A DNA stretch of 64,000 nt from Candidatus Magasanikiibacteriota bacterium (GTDB taxonomy: Bacteria > Patescibacteriota > Patescibacteriia > Magasanikbacterales > UBA922): the NCBI GenBank assembly GCA_018651085.1, contig JABIEQ010000002.1, forward strand, positions 12,777-76,776, in the 5' to 3' direction. Each line of letters opens with the position of its first letter. Position 1 is the stretch's first letter. The notes below the pieces were generated by a model. That model saw only the letters and a program-made list of their open reading frames with translations. It was not told the origin of the DNA and did not search any database. A program made the position numbers and the translations under genes. Of the stretch, positions 18,810 to 29,273 are shown piece by piece.

Positions 18810-19934
18810 ATGAAAGTTGCTTTGGTTCATGATTATCTTTCGCAAGATGGGGGAGCGGAACGTGTATTACAGGCTTTTCGAGATATATATCCCGAAGCGC
18901 CTATTTTTGTGTTGTTTCATGATAAGAAAAAACTTCCGCAGTTTGTTACTTCTGATATTCGACAATCATTTATTTCAAAGATGCCTTTTGGAAAAACAAA
19001 GTATCAATGGTATTTACCATGGATGCCTTTAGCAACTGAGCGTCATAATCTTCATGATTTTGATTTAGTGTTGTCGTCAACGAGTGCATTTGCTAAAGGG
19101 ATATTAACACGGCCTGAGACGCTTCATATTTCTTATTGTCATTCTCCAACACGATATTTGTGGACTGATACGCACGAATATATTCATGATTTAAAATATA
19201 ATCGATTTATTAAAGCTTTTTTACCACGGCTTATCCATAAACTTCGTTTATGGGATCGTGCAAGCGTTGATCGGGTTGATCATTTTATTGCAAATTCTGA
19301 CACGGTGCGTCATCGCATTCAAAAGTACTATAGACGAAAGAGTGATATCGTGTATCCGCCTGTTGATACGCATCTTTTTTCTCGTTCTACAAAAATACAG
19401 AATTATTTTATTTCTGGTGGACGATTTGTTCCGTATAAACGGTTTGATTTAGTGATTCAAGCATTCAATCGTTTGGGATGGCCATTGAAATTATTTGGAG
19501 ATGGTCCTGAGCTTGCGCGATTGAAAAAATTTGCTAAACCAAACATTCAATTTATTGGACGAGTGACTGATGAAAGAAAAATACAGCTTATTCGAGATGC
19601 AAAAGCGTTTATTCATCCACAAGTAGAAGATCTTGGTATTACACCAATAGAATCTATGGCAAGTGGTCGCCCGGTTATTGCTTACGGTGTTGGTGGTGTT
19701 ACTGAAACGGTCATTCCTGGTGTTACGGGGTTGTTTTTTGATCGCCAAGATTGGGAGTCACTTGTTGATGTGTTGCTTTCTTTTGATACACATACGTGGG
19801 ATAGCGCATTGATTCAGGCTCATGCAAGTAAGTTTAGTGCTAATAGATTTAAAGAACAAATAAGAACGTATATACAAAAGCGGTATAGTACTTTTCTCCA
19901 AGAGATGCAGCAGTGTCGTCTTGATGTGCGTTAA
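18810..19934 (+). CDS. Glycosyltransferase family 4
   Basis: KVALVHDYL, GGAERV, EDLGITPIESMASG. Confidence 0.92.
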   Translation: MKVALVHDYLSQDGGAERVLQAFRDIYPEAPIFVLFHDKKKLPQFVTSDIRQSFISKMPFGKTKYQWYLPWMPLATERHNLHDFDLVLSSTSAFAKGILTRPETLHISYCHSPTRYLWTDTHEYIHDLKYNRFIKAFLPRLIHKLRLWDRASVDRVDHFIANSDTVRHRIQKYYRRKSDIVYPPVDTHLFSRSTKIQNYFISGGRFVPYKRFDLVIQAFNRLGWPLKLFGDGPELARLKKFAKPNIQFIGRVTDERKIQLIRDAKAFIHPQVEDLGITPIESMASGRPVIAYGVGGVTETVIPGVTGLFFDRQDWESLVDVLLSFDTHTWDSALIQAHASKFSANRFKEQIRTYIQKRYSTFLQEMQQCRLDVR

Positions 19935-19941
19935 TTTTTAT

Positions 19942-21474
19942 ATGATTATTGGAATTGATTTACGTCCACTTATTCACCCACATCGTACAGGTGTCGGGGT
20001 GTATACGTTTGAGCTATTACAGGCTCTTTTTTCAATTGATAAAAAGAACACGTATATTCTTTTTTGTAATGCGTATCGTGATGTGTCTGTGCATATGCCT
20101 GCATTTGATCAAAAGAATGTACGGTTTGTGTATACTCGTTATCCAAATAAACTTTTTCATCTTGGTCAATTGTTGGGTATATTTTCACTTGATCAATTTA
20201 TATTGCGACGTGTTTCTGATATTGATCATTTTGATTACTTTTTTTCCTTAAATTTGCATTTTACACACATATCATCAAAAACAAAGACGCTCAAAACTAT
20301 TCATGATTTATCATTTTTATATTTTCCGGATTGTTATTCTTGGTGGCGGCGAGTGTGGCATCGGTTGATGCAACCAAAAAAACAAGTGGCTTCTTCTCGT
20401 ATAGTATTTGTTCCTTCAAATAATACTAAGCGTGATGTTCATCGATCTCTTGGTGTAAAAGAAACTTCGATTCAAGTATTATCTCCGGGAGTTTCTTCTA
20501 TATTTTTTTCAGATACGGCATTATCTTCTAAAGAGGTTCAAACAAAATATAATCTCCCGTCTGAATTTTTATTATTTTTAGGGACGCTTGAACCGCGTAA
20601 AAATATCTTAGCGATCATTGAGGCCTTTGTTTTAGCAAAGCCTCATCTTTCGTCTACGTGTGAGCTTATTATTGCTGGATCCTTGGGATGGAAACATGGG
20701 CCTATTTTACGAGCTATTGCGAGAACATCCGGTGTTCGTTATATTGGGTATGTAGATGAGATCGATAAACCCGCGTTGTATTGTTTGTCTACAATATTTG
20801 TTTTTCCGAGTTTGTATGAAGGGTTTGGTCTTCCTGTTCTTGAGGCAATGGCATCTAAAACAGCAGTGATTACGAGTGCACGGTCTTCTCTTGCTGAAGT
20901 TGTAGGTGATGCTGGGTATCTTGTGCATCCTTTGTATGTGTCTGAAATTGCTGACGCTATTATTACACTTTGTACAGACGATACACTTCGAGAATTGTAT
21001 CGTATAAAGGGGTATACACGATCTTGCGATTTTTCTTGGCAAAAAACTGCAAAGACATTTTTAACATATATAGAGCAATGTTTTATGAATACTGATCAAA
21101 CACTTACATTTGGGGCTTTAAAAGAACAATTGGCGGTATTTTATAAAGAACGAGATTGGGATCAGTTTCATGACCCTAAAAACGTAGCTGATGCTATAAG
21201 TATTGAGGTGGGGGAGCTTCTTGAACTTATGTTATGGAAAAATCCTGAAGAGGTTACTTCTCGTATGGAGACTGATCCTTCTTATAGAACAGCGATAGAA
21301 GAAGAACTTGTTGATGTGCTTTTGTATTGCTTTAATTTTGCTATTTCAACAAATATTGAACTTGCTCCTGTTATTTTGAGAAAAATGGCTAAAAATGCGC
21401 AAAAATATCCATCTAACGTTATGAAAGGTAATGCCCCTGATCGCTTTGTTATAGCTCAAAAAAAGGCACAGTAG
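19942..21474 (+). CDS. Glycosyltransferase family 4 in frame with a MazG-like NTP pyrophosphohydrolase domain
   Basis: GTLEPRKN and YEGFGLPVLEAMA, then DWDQFHDPKN...EVGELLE...EELVDV...KYP from Met at 21085. Confidence 0.85.
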   Translation: MIIGIDLRPLIHPHRTGVGVYTFELLQALFSIDKKNTYILFCNAYRDVSVHMPAFDQKNVRFVYTRYPNKLFHLGQLLGIFSLDQFILRRVSDIDHFDYFFSLNLHFTHISSKTKTLKTIHDLSFLYFPDCYSWWRRVWHRLMQPKKQVASSRIVFVPSNNTKRDVHRSLGVKETSIQVLSPGVSSIFFSDTALSSKEVQTKYNLPSEFLLFLGTLEPRKNILAIIEAFVLAKPHLSSTCELIIAGSLGWKHGPILRAIARTSGVRYIGYVDEIDKPALYCLSTIFVFPSLYEGFGLPVLEAMASKTAVITSARSSLAEVVGDAGYLVHPLYVSEIADAIITLCTDDTLRELYRIKGYTRSCDFSWQKTAKTFLTYIEQCFMNTDQTLTFGALKEQLAVFYKERDWDQFHDPKNVADAISIEVGELLELMLWKNPEEVTSRMETDPSYRTAIEEELVDVLLYCFNFAISTNIELAPVILRKMAKNAQKYPSNVMKGNAPDRFVIAQKKAQ

Positions 21475-21576
21475 GGCTATTTTTCCCTTGACAAGCTCTT
21501 TATTTTCGGGTACACTCGCCTCACGTATATTATTTGATGATGTTGAAAGGGTTTTTCAACCTCTCGTAATTTTTAG

Positions 21577-21978
21577 ATGCATATGTCAGAAGACATTCGA
21601 TTTTCTCTCAAACCCGGCATGATTATTCGTGTCCACCAACGTATTAAAGACGTTAATAGTAAGGGAGAAGAAAAAGAGCGTACACAAATTTTTGAAGGGC
21701 AAGTATTAGCAGCAAAACATGGAAAAGAATCTGGTGCTACTGTTACAGTAAGAAAGATTTCTAAAGGTTTTGGTGTAGAAAAGATTTTTCCTCTTCATTC
21801 ACCACTTGTTGCAAAAATTGAACTTGTTCGTCATCTTATTGTGCGACAATCTCGTGCATATTACTTGCGAGATCATAAAAAGAAACTTAGAGCTGTTCGT
21901 CTACAAAAGAAAAAAGCTGCCCCTACGAAAAAAAAGAAAGTTGAAGCAGCACCTGTTGAAACTCCTGCAGCAGTATAA
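21577..21978 (+). CDS. rplS: 50S ribosomal protein L19
   Basis: ERTQIFEG, TVRKIS.GFGVEKIFPLHSP, YYLR. Confidence 0.96.
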   Translation: MHMSEDIRFSLKPGMIIRVHQRIKDVNSKGEEKERTQIFEGQVLAAKHGKESGATVTVRKISKGFGVEKIFPLHSPLVAKIELVRHLIVRQSRAYYLRDHKKKLRAVRLQKKKAAPTKKKKVEAAPVETPAAV

Positions 21979-21988
21979 TCGATATATT

Positions 21989-22021
21989 AAATACACCACC
22001 CATTATGGGTGGTGTATTTTT
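21989..22021. terminator. Bidirectional terminator overlapping the prmC stop
   Basis: AAATACACCACCCA-TTA-TGGGTGGTGTATTT. Confidence 0.75.
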
Positions 22022-22851
22022 ATTTGTACGATCCGATCTAATTGTGCAAGATCTTTATGAACGAGCACCTTCGCTTTAGGCCAGTGCATGTGAATGATGT
22101 CTTTTATTTCTTGTTTTTGATCTGGATCTATTTCTATATATATTGTGAGACAATGTAATGTATCTAATTTTTTTGTTTGTATTTGAGTGAACAATATTTT
22201 ATATAATGCAAGTCCGCGTTCCTTTGCAATTAGTGCGTGTGTTGGTTCCCATTTGATAGAAGGTTCTTTTTTGTATTGTTCTTTTTTTATGTATGGAAGG
22301 TTTGCTGTAATGATGAGATTTTTTGTATGAATCATTTCATGCGTGATGCTCTTTATCAGGTTTGTGTGTATATATTGTATGGGGGCATTGTGTCTGATGC
22401 TGTTTTTTGATGCTATGCGTAAGGCTTTTTTATATTTGTCAGTTCCTATACAAGTAAGTGCGTTGTTTACATTTTTTTGTATGGCAATAGGGATACATCC
22501 TGACCCTACACCAACATCAATGAGTGTATATGGACTTGTTTTTGTATCTAGTTCTTCTAGCACTTTTTCTATAAGAACTTCTGTGTCAGGTCGAGGGATG
22601 AGAGTATGTTTGTTTACAATAAAGTCTAGACCAAAGAATGCTTTTTCGTTTGTAAGATATGCAAAAGGTACTCCTTTTTTTCTTTTACGTACGAGATGTA
22701 AAAAGCGCATGTATGATCGTATGGAAATAGGGGCGTCTGTGTGTGCGAGTATCGTTGTGTACTTTTTATGTATAACATAAGATAAAAGCAGCGTTGCTTC
22801 TTTTATCTTCATATCTCTTTGTGCTCGCTTTAATGCTTGCCCTATGGTCAT
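22003..22851 (-). CDS. prmC: Release factor glutamine methyltransferase
   Basis: LIPRPDTE, DVGVGSGCI, NLPY; follows prfA. Confidence 0.93.
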   Translation of the reverse strand: MTIGQALKRAQRDMKIKEATLLLSYVIHKKYTTILAHTDAPISIRSYMRFLHLVRKRKKGVPFAYLTNEKAFFGLDFIVNKHTLIPRPDTEVLIEKVLEELDTKTSPYTLIDVGVGSGCIPIAIQKNVNNALTCIGTDKYKKALRIASKNSIRHNAPIQYIHTNLIKSITHEMIHTKNLIITANLPYIKKEQYKKEPSIKWEPTHALIAKERGLALYKILFTQIQTKKLDTLHCLTIYIEIDPDQKQEIKDIIHMHWPKAKVLVHKDLAQLDRIVQIKIHHP

Positions 22852-22853
22852 AC

Positions 22854-23915
22854 TTATTGGTCGTCTTTTTGTTTGTAATCTTCATCTTTAAGTATGTCGA
22901 TAATTGATTGTACCTCACCGTCAAGAATTGCTTGGATGTTATTCCAGCTATGTTTAATACGATGATCAGTAATACGATCTTGTGGGTAATTGTATGTTCG
23001 TATTTTTTCTGAACGATCACCTGATCCAATTTGGCTTTTTCTTTTGGCATCAAGCTCGGCTTGTTTTTTTGCTTGTTCTGCTTCGTAGATTCGTGCGCGA
23101 AGAACGCTCATGGCTTTTATTCTATTTTGTTGTTGAGATTTTTCGTCTTGGCATTGCACTGTTACGCCAGTTGGAATGTGCACAATTCGTACCGCACTGT
23201 ACGTTGTGTTTACACTTTGTCCACCGTTTCCACTCGCACAGTAGGTGTCAATTCTTAAGTCTTGTTGTCTGATATCAATTTCCTTTTCTTCTACCTCTGG
23301 TAATATGGCAACACTTGCTGTAGATGTATGAATTCTTCCAGATTTTTCTGTTTCTGGAATTCGTTGTACACGATGTACTCCCATTTCATATTTCATTGAT
23401 TCGTATACATTTTTTCCTGTCACATTAAAGATAACTTCTTTAAATCCACCGATACCAATACGGTTTTCACTGATGATCGCGGTCTTCCAATTGTTTTTTT
23501 CAGCGTAACGTATGTACATGCGCATAAGATTTCCTGCAAATAAAGCTGCTTCATCTCCACCTGCACCTGCACGTATTTCTACGATGACATTTTTTTTGTC
23601 CATGGGGTCCTTTGGTCTTGTCATGAGTTTTAATGTGTCTTCGAGACCTTGGACTTTTTGTTTTAATTGTTCGAGTTCTTCTTTTTCTAATTCTTTCATT
23701 TCTTCATCTGTTTCCTCTTGTAGGATGTGTTCTGTTTTTTCTACGTTTTTTTCAGTTTTTTCGAGTGTTACAATGTGCTCTACGAGATCTTTAAGATCAT
23801 TGTATTCTTGAGAGATATCTTTGATCTTTTTTGGGTCACTAAGTATGGCTTGATCTTGTAATAGTGCTTCAAGTTCTTTAAAACGGTTGTGTATGTCTAT
23901 ATATTTTTGTTTCAT
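22854..23915 (-). CDS. prfA: Peptide chain release factor 1
   Basis: [11 protein letters not shown] (PxT motif), [12 protein letters not shown]. Confidence 0.97.
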   Translation of the reverse strand: MKQKYIDIHNRFKELEALLQDQAILSDPKKIKDISQEYNDLKDLVEHIVTLEKTEKNVEKTEHILQEETDEEMKELEKEELEQLKQKVQGLEDTLKLMTRPKDPMDKKNVIVEIRAGAGGDEAALFAGNLMRMYIRYAEKNNWKTAIISENRIGIGGFKEVIFNVTGKNVYESMKYEMGVHRVQRIPETEKSGRIHTSTASVAILPEVEEKEIDIRQQDLRIDTYCASGNGGQSVNTTYSAVRIVHIPTGVTVQCQDEKSQQQNRIKAMSVLRARIYEAEQAKKQAELDAKRKSQIGSGDRSEKIRTYNYPQDRITDHRIKHSWNNIQAILDGEVQSIIDILKDEDYKQKDDQ

Positions 23916-23973
23916 ATGATATTCAAAAAATAAAAAACCAGCCTGAAAGAGGCTGATTAAATATGTACGGGAG

Positions 23974-24318
23974 CTATTTTACGTCTTCTTTTGTTTCAGT
24001 ATTTGCTTCTTTTTCTTTTGTCGCTGCACGAGTTGCTCGCTTTGCTTTTTTCCCTTTTCTTCCTTTTGCTGTATCTTCTTGTTTTTGCATACGTGCTTGG
24101 AATTTTTCTACTCGTCTTGCTGTATCAATAAGCATCTCTTTTCCAGTATAAAATGGGTGTGATGCTGAAGAAATTTCGATATTGTGTACTTGATGTGTTA
24201 CACCATCTATATCTCTTGTATCCTCTCCATTCATTGTTGAGGTTGTCTTAAATTCTACCCCACATGAGGTATCTACAAAGATAGCTGGATGATTTGTTGG
24301 ATGTGTATTTTGTTTCAT
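23974..24318 (-). CDS. rpmE: 50S ribosomal protein L31 (type B-like, no CxxC pairs)
   Basis: [24 protein letters not shown]; start moved to 24318. Confidence 0.93.
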   Translation of the reverse strand: MKQNTHPTNHPAIFVDTSCGVEFKTTSTMNGEDTRDIDGVTHQVHNIEISSASHPFYTGKEMLIDTARRVEKFQARMQKQEDTAKGRKGKKAKRATRAATKEKEANTETKEDVK

Positions 24319-24520
24319 ATTATTTAGTTTTAGCGCGCTTATCGTATCATGTGTCTTTTTTTTTGTCAATGGAGTTGTCTGTATCACTTTGTGTATATCT
24401 TTTTGTGAAAAATAGCTTATTTTAGCCTATTTTAGCCTATTTTTTGGCTTAACCCCCTTGCTTTTTTTCGGGTTTTTCTATATACTGCCTTTGTTCATGA
24501 ATTCTCGAAATATTTTGTAT

Positions 24521-24745
24521 ATGTTAAATACTGTTATTCTTTTCCTTGACGTTATTGTAGGACTTGTCCTTATTATTGCTATTTTATTGCAACAAAAAGG
24601 GGCTGGTCTTGGAGCTGGATTTGGTGGAAGCGGTGGTGGTGGTGTTGTGAGTACAAGACGTGGAGTTGATCTCTTTTTGTATAAAGTTACTATTGTTTCA
24701 TCTATTCTTTTCTTCGTACTAGCATTTCTTGCTCTTTTTGTGTAA
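24521..24745 (+). CDS. secG: Preprotein translocase subunit SecG
   Basis: ILLQQKGAGLGAGFGG...TRRG, two TMs. Confidence 0.92.
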   Translation: MLNTVILFLDVIVGLVLIIAILLQQKGAGLGAGFGGSGGGGVVSTRRGVDLFLYKVTIVSSILFFVLAFLALFV

Positions 24746-24830
24746 GAAATTCTTCTTTTTGAACATATATACATATTATATGTGTTCTTATTAATATTTT
24801 TTTGTGCAACTGCCTCCATATATAAAGGGG

Positions 24831-26894
24831 ATGTATTCCTCTTTGAAAAAATATATCTTTTCTTCTTCGAAGCGATTTTCTTCCCATAAGGATGTTTCTC
24901 TTGTACGTCGTGTGCATGGAAAACGATTTCCTTCATGGAAACAATTTCGTCATATTCATAAGATTCTTTCGTCAAGAGAAATGCTTTTTTTTCGGATGAG
25001 CGTATTTGTTTTTTTTGTGGCTATTGTTTGGGTGGGACTTGTGTCTGCTTCAACATATCGTGTGCGTGTTCCTGCTATTGGTGGAAAGTATATTGAAGCT
25101 GTTGTTGGATCCCCACAGCTTGTGAATCCTATTTTTGCTTCGGTAAATGATGTTGATCTTGATCTTACAAGGCTTGTCTATGCTGGGCTTATGCGTCATG
25201 ATGATGCACAAACGCTTCATACAGATTTAGCAAAGAGCTATACTATTAGTGAAGATCAGCTTACATATACCTTTGAACTTCGTGATGATATCTCTTGGCA
25301 TGATGGGGAATCATTAACGGCTCGTGATGTTGTCTTTACTATTGAAACCATTCAAAATCCTGAAGTGAACAGTCCTTTGATTGTTAGTTTCCAAGGTGTT
25401 CTTGTGGAAGCTATTGATGAGAAGACTGTACGGTTTACGCTTGAAGAACCGTTTACACCATTTCTTTCTTCTTTAGTGTTTGGGGTGTTGCCTGAACACG
25501 TGTGGGGATCTGTTTCAGCTGAACGTATGCGTCTTGCTGGAGCGAACTTGCGTCCTGTTGGGGCTGGTCCGTTTCAATTTGCTCGTTTTGTTAAAGATGA
25601 AACAGGTTTTATCTACAAGTATGAACTTGCTCGGTACGAAGGATATCACCATGCGCCTTCTTTTATAAAGGAACTAGTGTTTCGTTTTTACGAAGGAGAA
25701 GATGCCTATTTTCGTGCAATTCAAGATTTTCGAGAACAAAAAGTAGATGGTCTTCATTTTGTTCCGTTTGATATGCGAGATCGTGTTGAGCGTAAGCATA
25801 TTGTGCTTCATACCTTGCAACTTCCACAATATACGGCCTTATTTTTTAATGAAGATCATGCGCCGGTCCTTGAAGAAGTTGAAGTTCGAACAGCGCTTGC
25901 TCTTTCTATTGATAAGGAACGGATTTTGCGTGATGTGCTTCGTGACGAAGGGGAAGCCATCAATGGTCCTATTTTGCCAAATTATCCTGGATTTGATCCG
26001 AATCAAAAGAAGCTTGAGTATAGTGTGAGTAAAGCTAATGATTTGCTTGATACTACATGGACTCGAGTATCTGTTGAAGATTATCGTGAAAAAAATAAAG
26101 CAGCCCTTCTTCTTGAGTGGGAAGAAGAACAACAAGCTATTTTAGAAACTAAAGTACAGGCTGATGCTGCAATTCAAGAAGCTCTTGATGAGAATGCTGA
26201 AGATGAAGAAGCTGAAGCGGTTGATGATGCCGTTGATTCTTCTGAAGAGTCAGTTGAAGAGGGTTTGAGTATTGAAGCGTTACGTACACAAAAAGAAGAG
26301 GACATTGATCTACTTCTTGATCAAGAAATTGACGAAGGGCAAACGTTTTATCGTCAAGATGAAGATGAAAATCTTTTAACTATTGATCTTGTAACGGCTA
26401 GAACACCAGAATATGAACGTGCGATTGATCTTATTGTCGCGTCATGGCAAGAGATTGGTGTTCGTGTTCGAACAACATTTATTGATCCAAAAGATATTTC
26501 TCGTACAACACTTCGGGATAGAACATACGATGTATTATTGTACGGAGCAATTATTGGGAGTGATCCTGATCCATATCCATTTTGGCATTCTTCTCAGATT
26601 GATTTTCCTGGATTGAATCTTGCTCGATATGTGAATCGTACTGCTGATGGGTTTTTAGAAGACGCTCGCGAGGCAACTGACCCTGTTGAAATTGCTGATT
26701 TTTATCGACAATTTCAAGATCTTTTATTTGAAGATCGACCTGCTACATTTTTGTACACTCCAACGTATACATATGCGACAAGTGATATCGTACGTGGCAT
26801 TACTGTCTCACGAATTTTTGTTCCAGCTGATCGGTTTGCTGGTATTACCGGGTGGTATATTAAAACTGATGGAAAATGGAAGTTTCGAAAATAA
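24831..26894 (+). CDS. Family 5 (peptide/nickel) ABC substrate-binding protein, membrane anchored, orphan
   Basis: WHDGESLTARDVVFT, PVGAGPF, DPYPFWHSSQ; no permease adjacent. Confidence 0.88.
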   Translation: MYSSLKKYIFSSSKRFSSHKDVSLVRRVHGKRFPSWKQFRHIHKILSSREMLFFRMSVFVFFVAIVWVGLVSASTYRVRVPAIGGKYIEAVVGSPQLVNPIFASVNDVDLDLTRLVYAGLMRHDDAQTLHTDLAKSYTISEDQLTYTFELRDDISWHDGESLTARDVVFTIETIQNPEVNSPLIVSFQGVLVEAIDEKTVRFTLEEPFTPFLSSLVFGVLPEHVWGSVSAERMRLAGANLRPVGAGPFQFARFVKDETGFIYKYELARYEGYHHAPSFIKELVFRFYEGEDAYFRAIQDFREQKVDGLHFVPFDMRDRVERKHIVLHTLQLPQYTALFFNEDHAPVLEEVEVRTALALSIDKERILRDVLRDEGEAINGPILPNYPGFDPNQKKLEYSVSKANDLLDTTWTRVSVEDYREKNKAALLLEWEEEQQAILETKVQADAAIQEALDENAEDEEAEAVDDAVDSSEESVEEGLSIEALRTQKEEDIDLLLDQEIDEGQTFYRQDEDENLLTIDLVTARTPEYERAIDLIVASWQEIGVRVRTTFIDPKDISRTTLRDRTYDVLLYGAIIGSDPDPYPFWHSSQIDFPGLNLARYVNRTADGFLEDAREATDPVEIADFYRQFQDLLFEDRPATFLYTPTYTYATSDIVRGITVSRIFVPADRFAGITGWYIKTDGKWKFRK

Positions 26895-26961
26895 CATTTA
26901 TTATCTACCTTCATCTGTTCGTCTATATTAAGCGAACAGCGAATTAATTAATCTCTATATT

Positions 26962-28833
26962 ATGATGAGAAAAACGACAACAACGGGCCCTGGTGCTGTT
27001 AGAAGAAACAGTGGCAAGCCCTCAACCCCTCGAGTAGGAGGTCATGCACGTGGTGCACGACATTCTTCTTCTCGATCAACACAACGACCACGTACGCACG
27101 CCTCTCGACCATCTACACATACTCGCTCAGCCGGTAAAAGTTCTCGGTATCACATTCCAGGGAGTGATGAAAATCTTCGTATTATCCCTGTTGGAGGATG
27201 TGAAGAAGTTGGACGAAACATGACTATTTTTGAATATGGTCGTGATATTGTTATTCTTGACATGGGAGTACAGTTCCCAGAAGAAGACATGCCCGGAATT
27301 GACCTTATTATTCCTAACATTAGTTATTTAAAAGGACGAGAAAAAGATATCCGTGGTATTATTTTTAGCCATGGTCATCTTGATCACATTGGTGCTGCTC
27401 CTTTTCTTTTAGACAAGTTAGGCTATCCTGTGATTGCTGGAAAAGATCTTACGCTTGCACTTATTAAGCATAAACTTGAAGATCGACAAAAAGGTTCAAC
27501 AAAAAATCTTAAGACTATTCGTATCAATGGATTTGATGATGTGCTTAAACTTGGTAAATTTACGATTAAATTCTTCCAAGTAGAACACTCTATCATGGAT
27601 GCCGTTGGTGTTATTGTTGAAACTCCTGCTGGAATAGCTATTCATCCTGGAGATTGGACCATGGAACGAGACAAAAAAGGTAAAGCGCGTGTTGACTATA
27701 AGCATCTTGCGAAGCTTAAAGGAAAACCAAGTGTACTTTTACTTGAAAGTCTTGGAGCAATTCATGATAAGTCTCATGGAACATACGAAGAGATGTATAA
27801 AAACATTAAAGATATCATTGGTAATGCAAAAGGACGTGTCATTATCGGTACATTTTCTTCACAAATTGAGCGAATTAAATGGATTATTGCAGCTGCTACG
27901 AATCTTGGAAAGAAAGTTGCGCTTGATGGGTATAGCATGAAACTTAATGTTGAAATTGCAAAAAACCTTGGATACATTAAGTTTCCAAAAGGAACATTAA
28001 TTGATGTACGGAATGCATCTAAGTATAAAGACAATGAAATCATTGTTATTTGTACTGGTGCGCAAGGAGAATCAAATGCTGTATTATCTCGTATTGTGAA
28101 TGGGCATCATCGTTCTATTAAATTGCAAAAAAGTGATACTGTTGTATTTTCTTCTTCTGTTATTCCTGGAAATGAACGGACGATTCAACGGTTAAAAGAT
28201 AACATGTATCGTCAGTGTGATAACGTGCTTCATAGAGACATTCTTGAAGTTCACGTGAGTGGTCATGCAACTCGAACAGACATTAAAGACATGGTAAAGC
28301 AAGTACAACCGGATTATTTTGTGCCGGTATATGCTAATCATTTGTTTTTAAAAGAAGCTGCTTGGCTTGTTCGAGATGACGGATTTGATGAAAAAAATAT
28401 CACTGTTCCAGACAATGGAACAATTATGGAACTTGGGAAAGATGGTATGCGTGTGTTAGAAGCAAAAATTCCAACCAATTACGTATATGTTGATGGGCTT
28501 GGTGTTAGTGATGCACAACATGTTGTGCTTCGAGATAGACAAGTGTTAGCAGAAGACGGTATGGTTGTTGTTATTGCAACAATTGATTCAAAAACTGGAA
28601 AGCTTGTACAAAATCCAGATATTATTTCTCGTGGTTTTGTATTTTTAAAAGAAAATAAAGATTTGATTGAAGACTTGCGTGGAAAAGTGAAACGCATGGT
28701 GTTGAAATCTGATCCAAAAACTTGGGCAGACACTAATGAAATCAAAAATATCATCCGTGATAAGGTTGGACAGTTCCTCTTTACAAAAACACAAAAACGT
28801 CCAATGATTTTGCCTGTTGTGATTGAAGTGTAA
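26962..28833 (+). CDS. rnj: Ribonuclease J
   Basis: GGCEEVGRNM, SHGHLDHIG, TGAQGE, HVSGH, PDIISRGFV, RPMILPV. Confidence 0.96.
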   Translation: MMRKTTTTGPGAVRRNSGKPSTPRVGGHARGARHSSSRSTQRPRTHASRPSTHTRSAGKSSRYHIPGSDENLRIIPVGGCEEVGRNMTIFEYGRDIVILDMGVQFPEEDMPGIDLIIPNISYLKGREKDIRGIIFSHGHLDHIGAAPFLLDKLGYPVIAGKDLTLALIKHKLEDRQKGSTKNLKTIRINGFDDVLKLGKFTIKFFQVEHSIMDAVGVIVETPAGIAIHPGDWTMERDKKGKARVDYKHLAKLKGKPSVLLLESLGAIHDKSHGTYEEMYKNIKDIIGNAKGRVIIGTFSSQIERIKWIIAAATNLGKKVALDGYSMKLNVEIAKNLGYIKFPKGTLIDVRNASKYKDNEIIVICTGAQGESNAVLSRIVNGHHRSIKLQKSDTVVFSSSVIPGNERTIQRLKDNMYRQCDNVLHRDILEVHVSGHATRTDIKDMVKQVQPDYFVPVYANHLFLKEAAWLVRDDGFDEKNITVPDNGTIMELGKDGMRVLEAKIPTNYVYVDGLGVSDAQHVVLRDRQVLAEDGMVVVIATIDSKTGKLVQNPDIISRGFVFLKENKDLIEDLRGKVKRMVLKSDPKTWADTNEIKNIIRDKVGQFLFTKTQKRPMILPVVIEV

Positions 28834-28843
28834 TATATTTTTG

Positions 28844-28892
28844 TTGACACAAGAATATTCACTTGGTAGTGTACTTATATATAAGTACACTA
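28844..28892 (+). promoter_or_regulatory. Promoter with overlapping TrpR-type operator
   Basis: TTGACA-17-TAGTGT; perfect 26-bp palindrome TAGTGTACTTATATATAAGTACACTA containing GTACT-N8-AGTAC. Confidence 0.8.
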
Positions 28893-28899
28893 TTTTTTT

Positions 28900-29187
28900 A
28901 TGTCTGGTATTCGAAAATATAAACAGGATCTTATTTCTTTTCTGTCTGCTATTACTGATGCTAAAATGATGCAGGATTTTTTGCGTGATTTATTGACGCC
29001 GACAGAGTTTGAAGAAATTGCAAAGCGATTGCAAATTGTGCAACGACTTGATAATGGAGAAAGTCAGCGTCGGATTGCAAAGGACCTTGGCACAGGGATC
29101 GCCACTGTTACAAGAGGGTCTAAGACACTGAAAAAGCCTCGGAGTAAATTTAGAACTATTTTGCGATCACTTCGTGAAGATGTTTAA
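28900..29187 (+). CDS. trpR: Trp repressor family (TrpR/YerC) protein
   Basis: LLTPTE..IAKR, SQRRIAKDLGTGIATVTRGS helix-turn-helix. Confidence 0.85.
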   Translation: MSGIRKYKQDLISFLSAITDAKMMQDFLRDLLTPTEFEEIAKRLQIVQRLDNGESQRRIAKDLGTGIATVTRGSKTLKKPRSKFRTILRSLREDV

Positions 29188-29273
29188 GCATAAGAGGGCC
29201 GTATAGGTTCCCTTGTTTTTTTTCTATCTATACGTTACTGTATAGATAATTAATTTTATTTAGCGTGTGTCTT

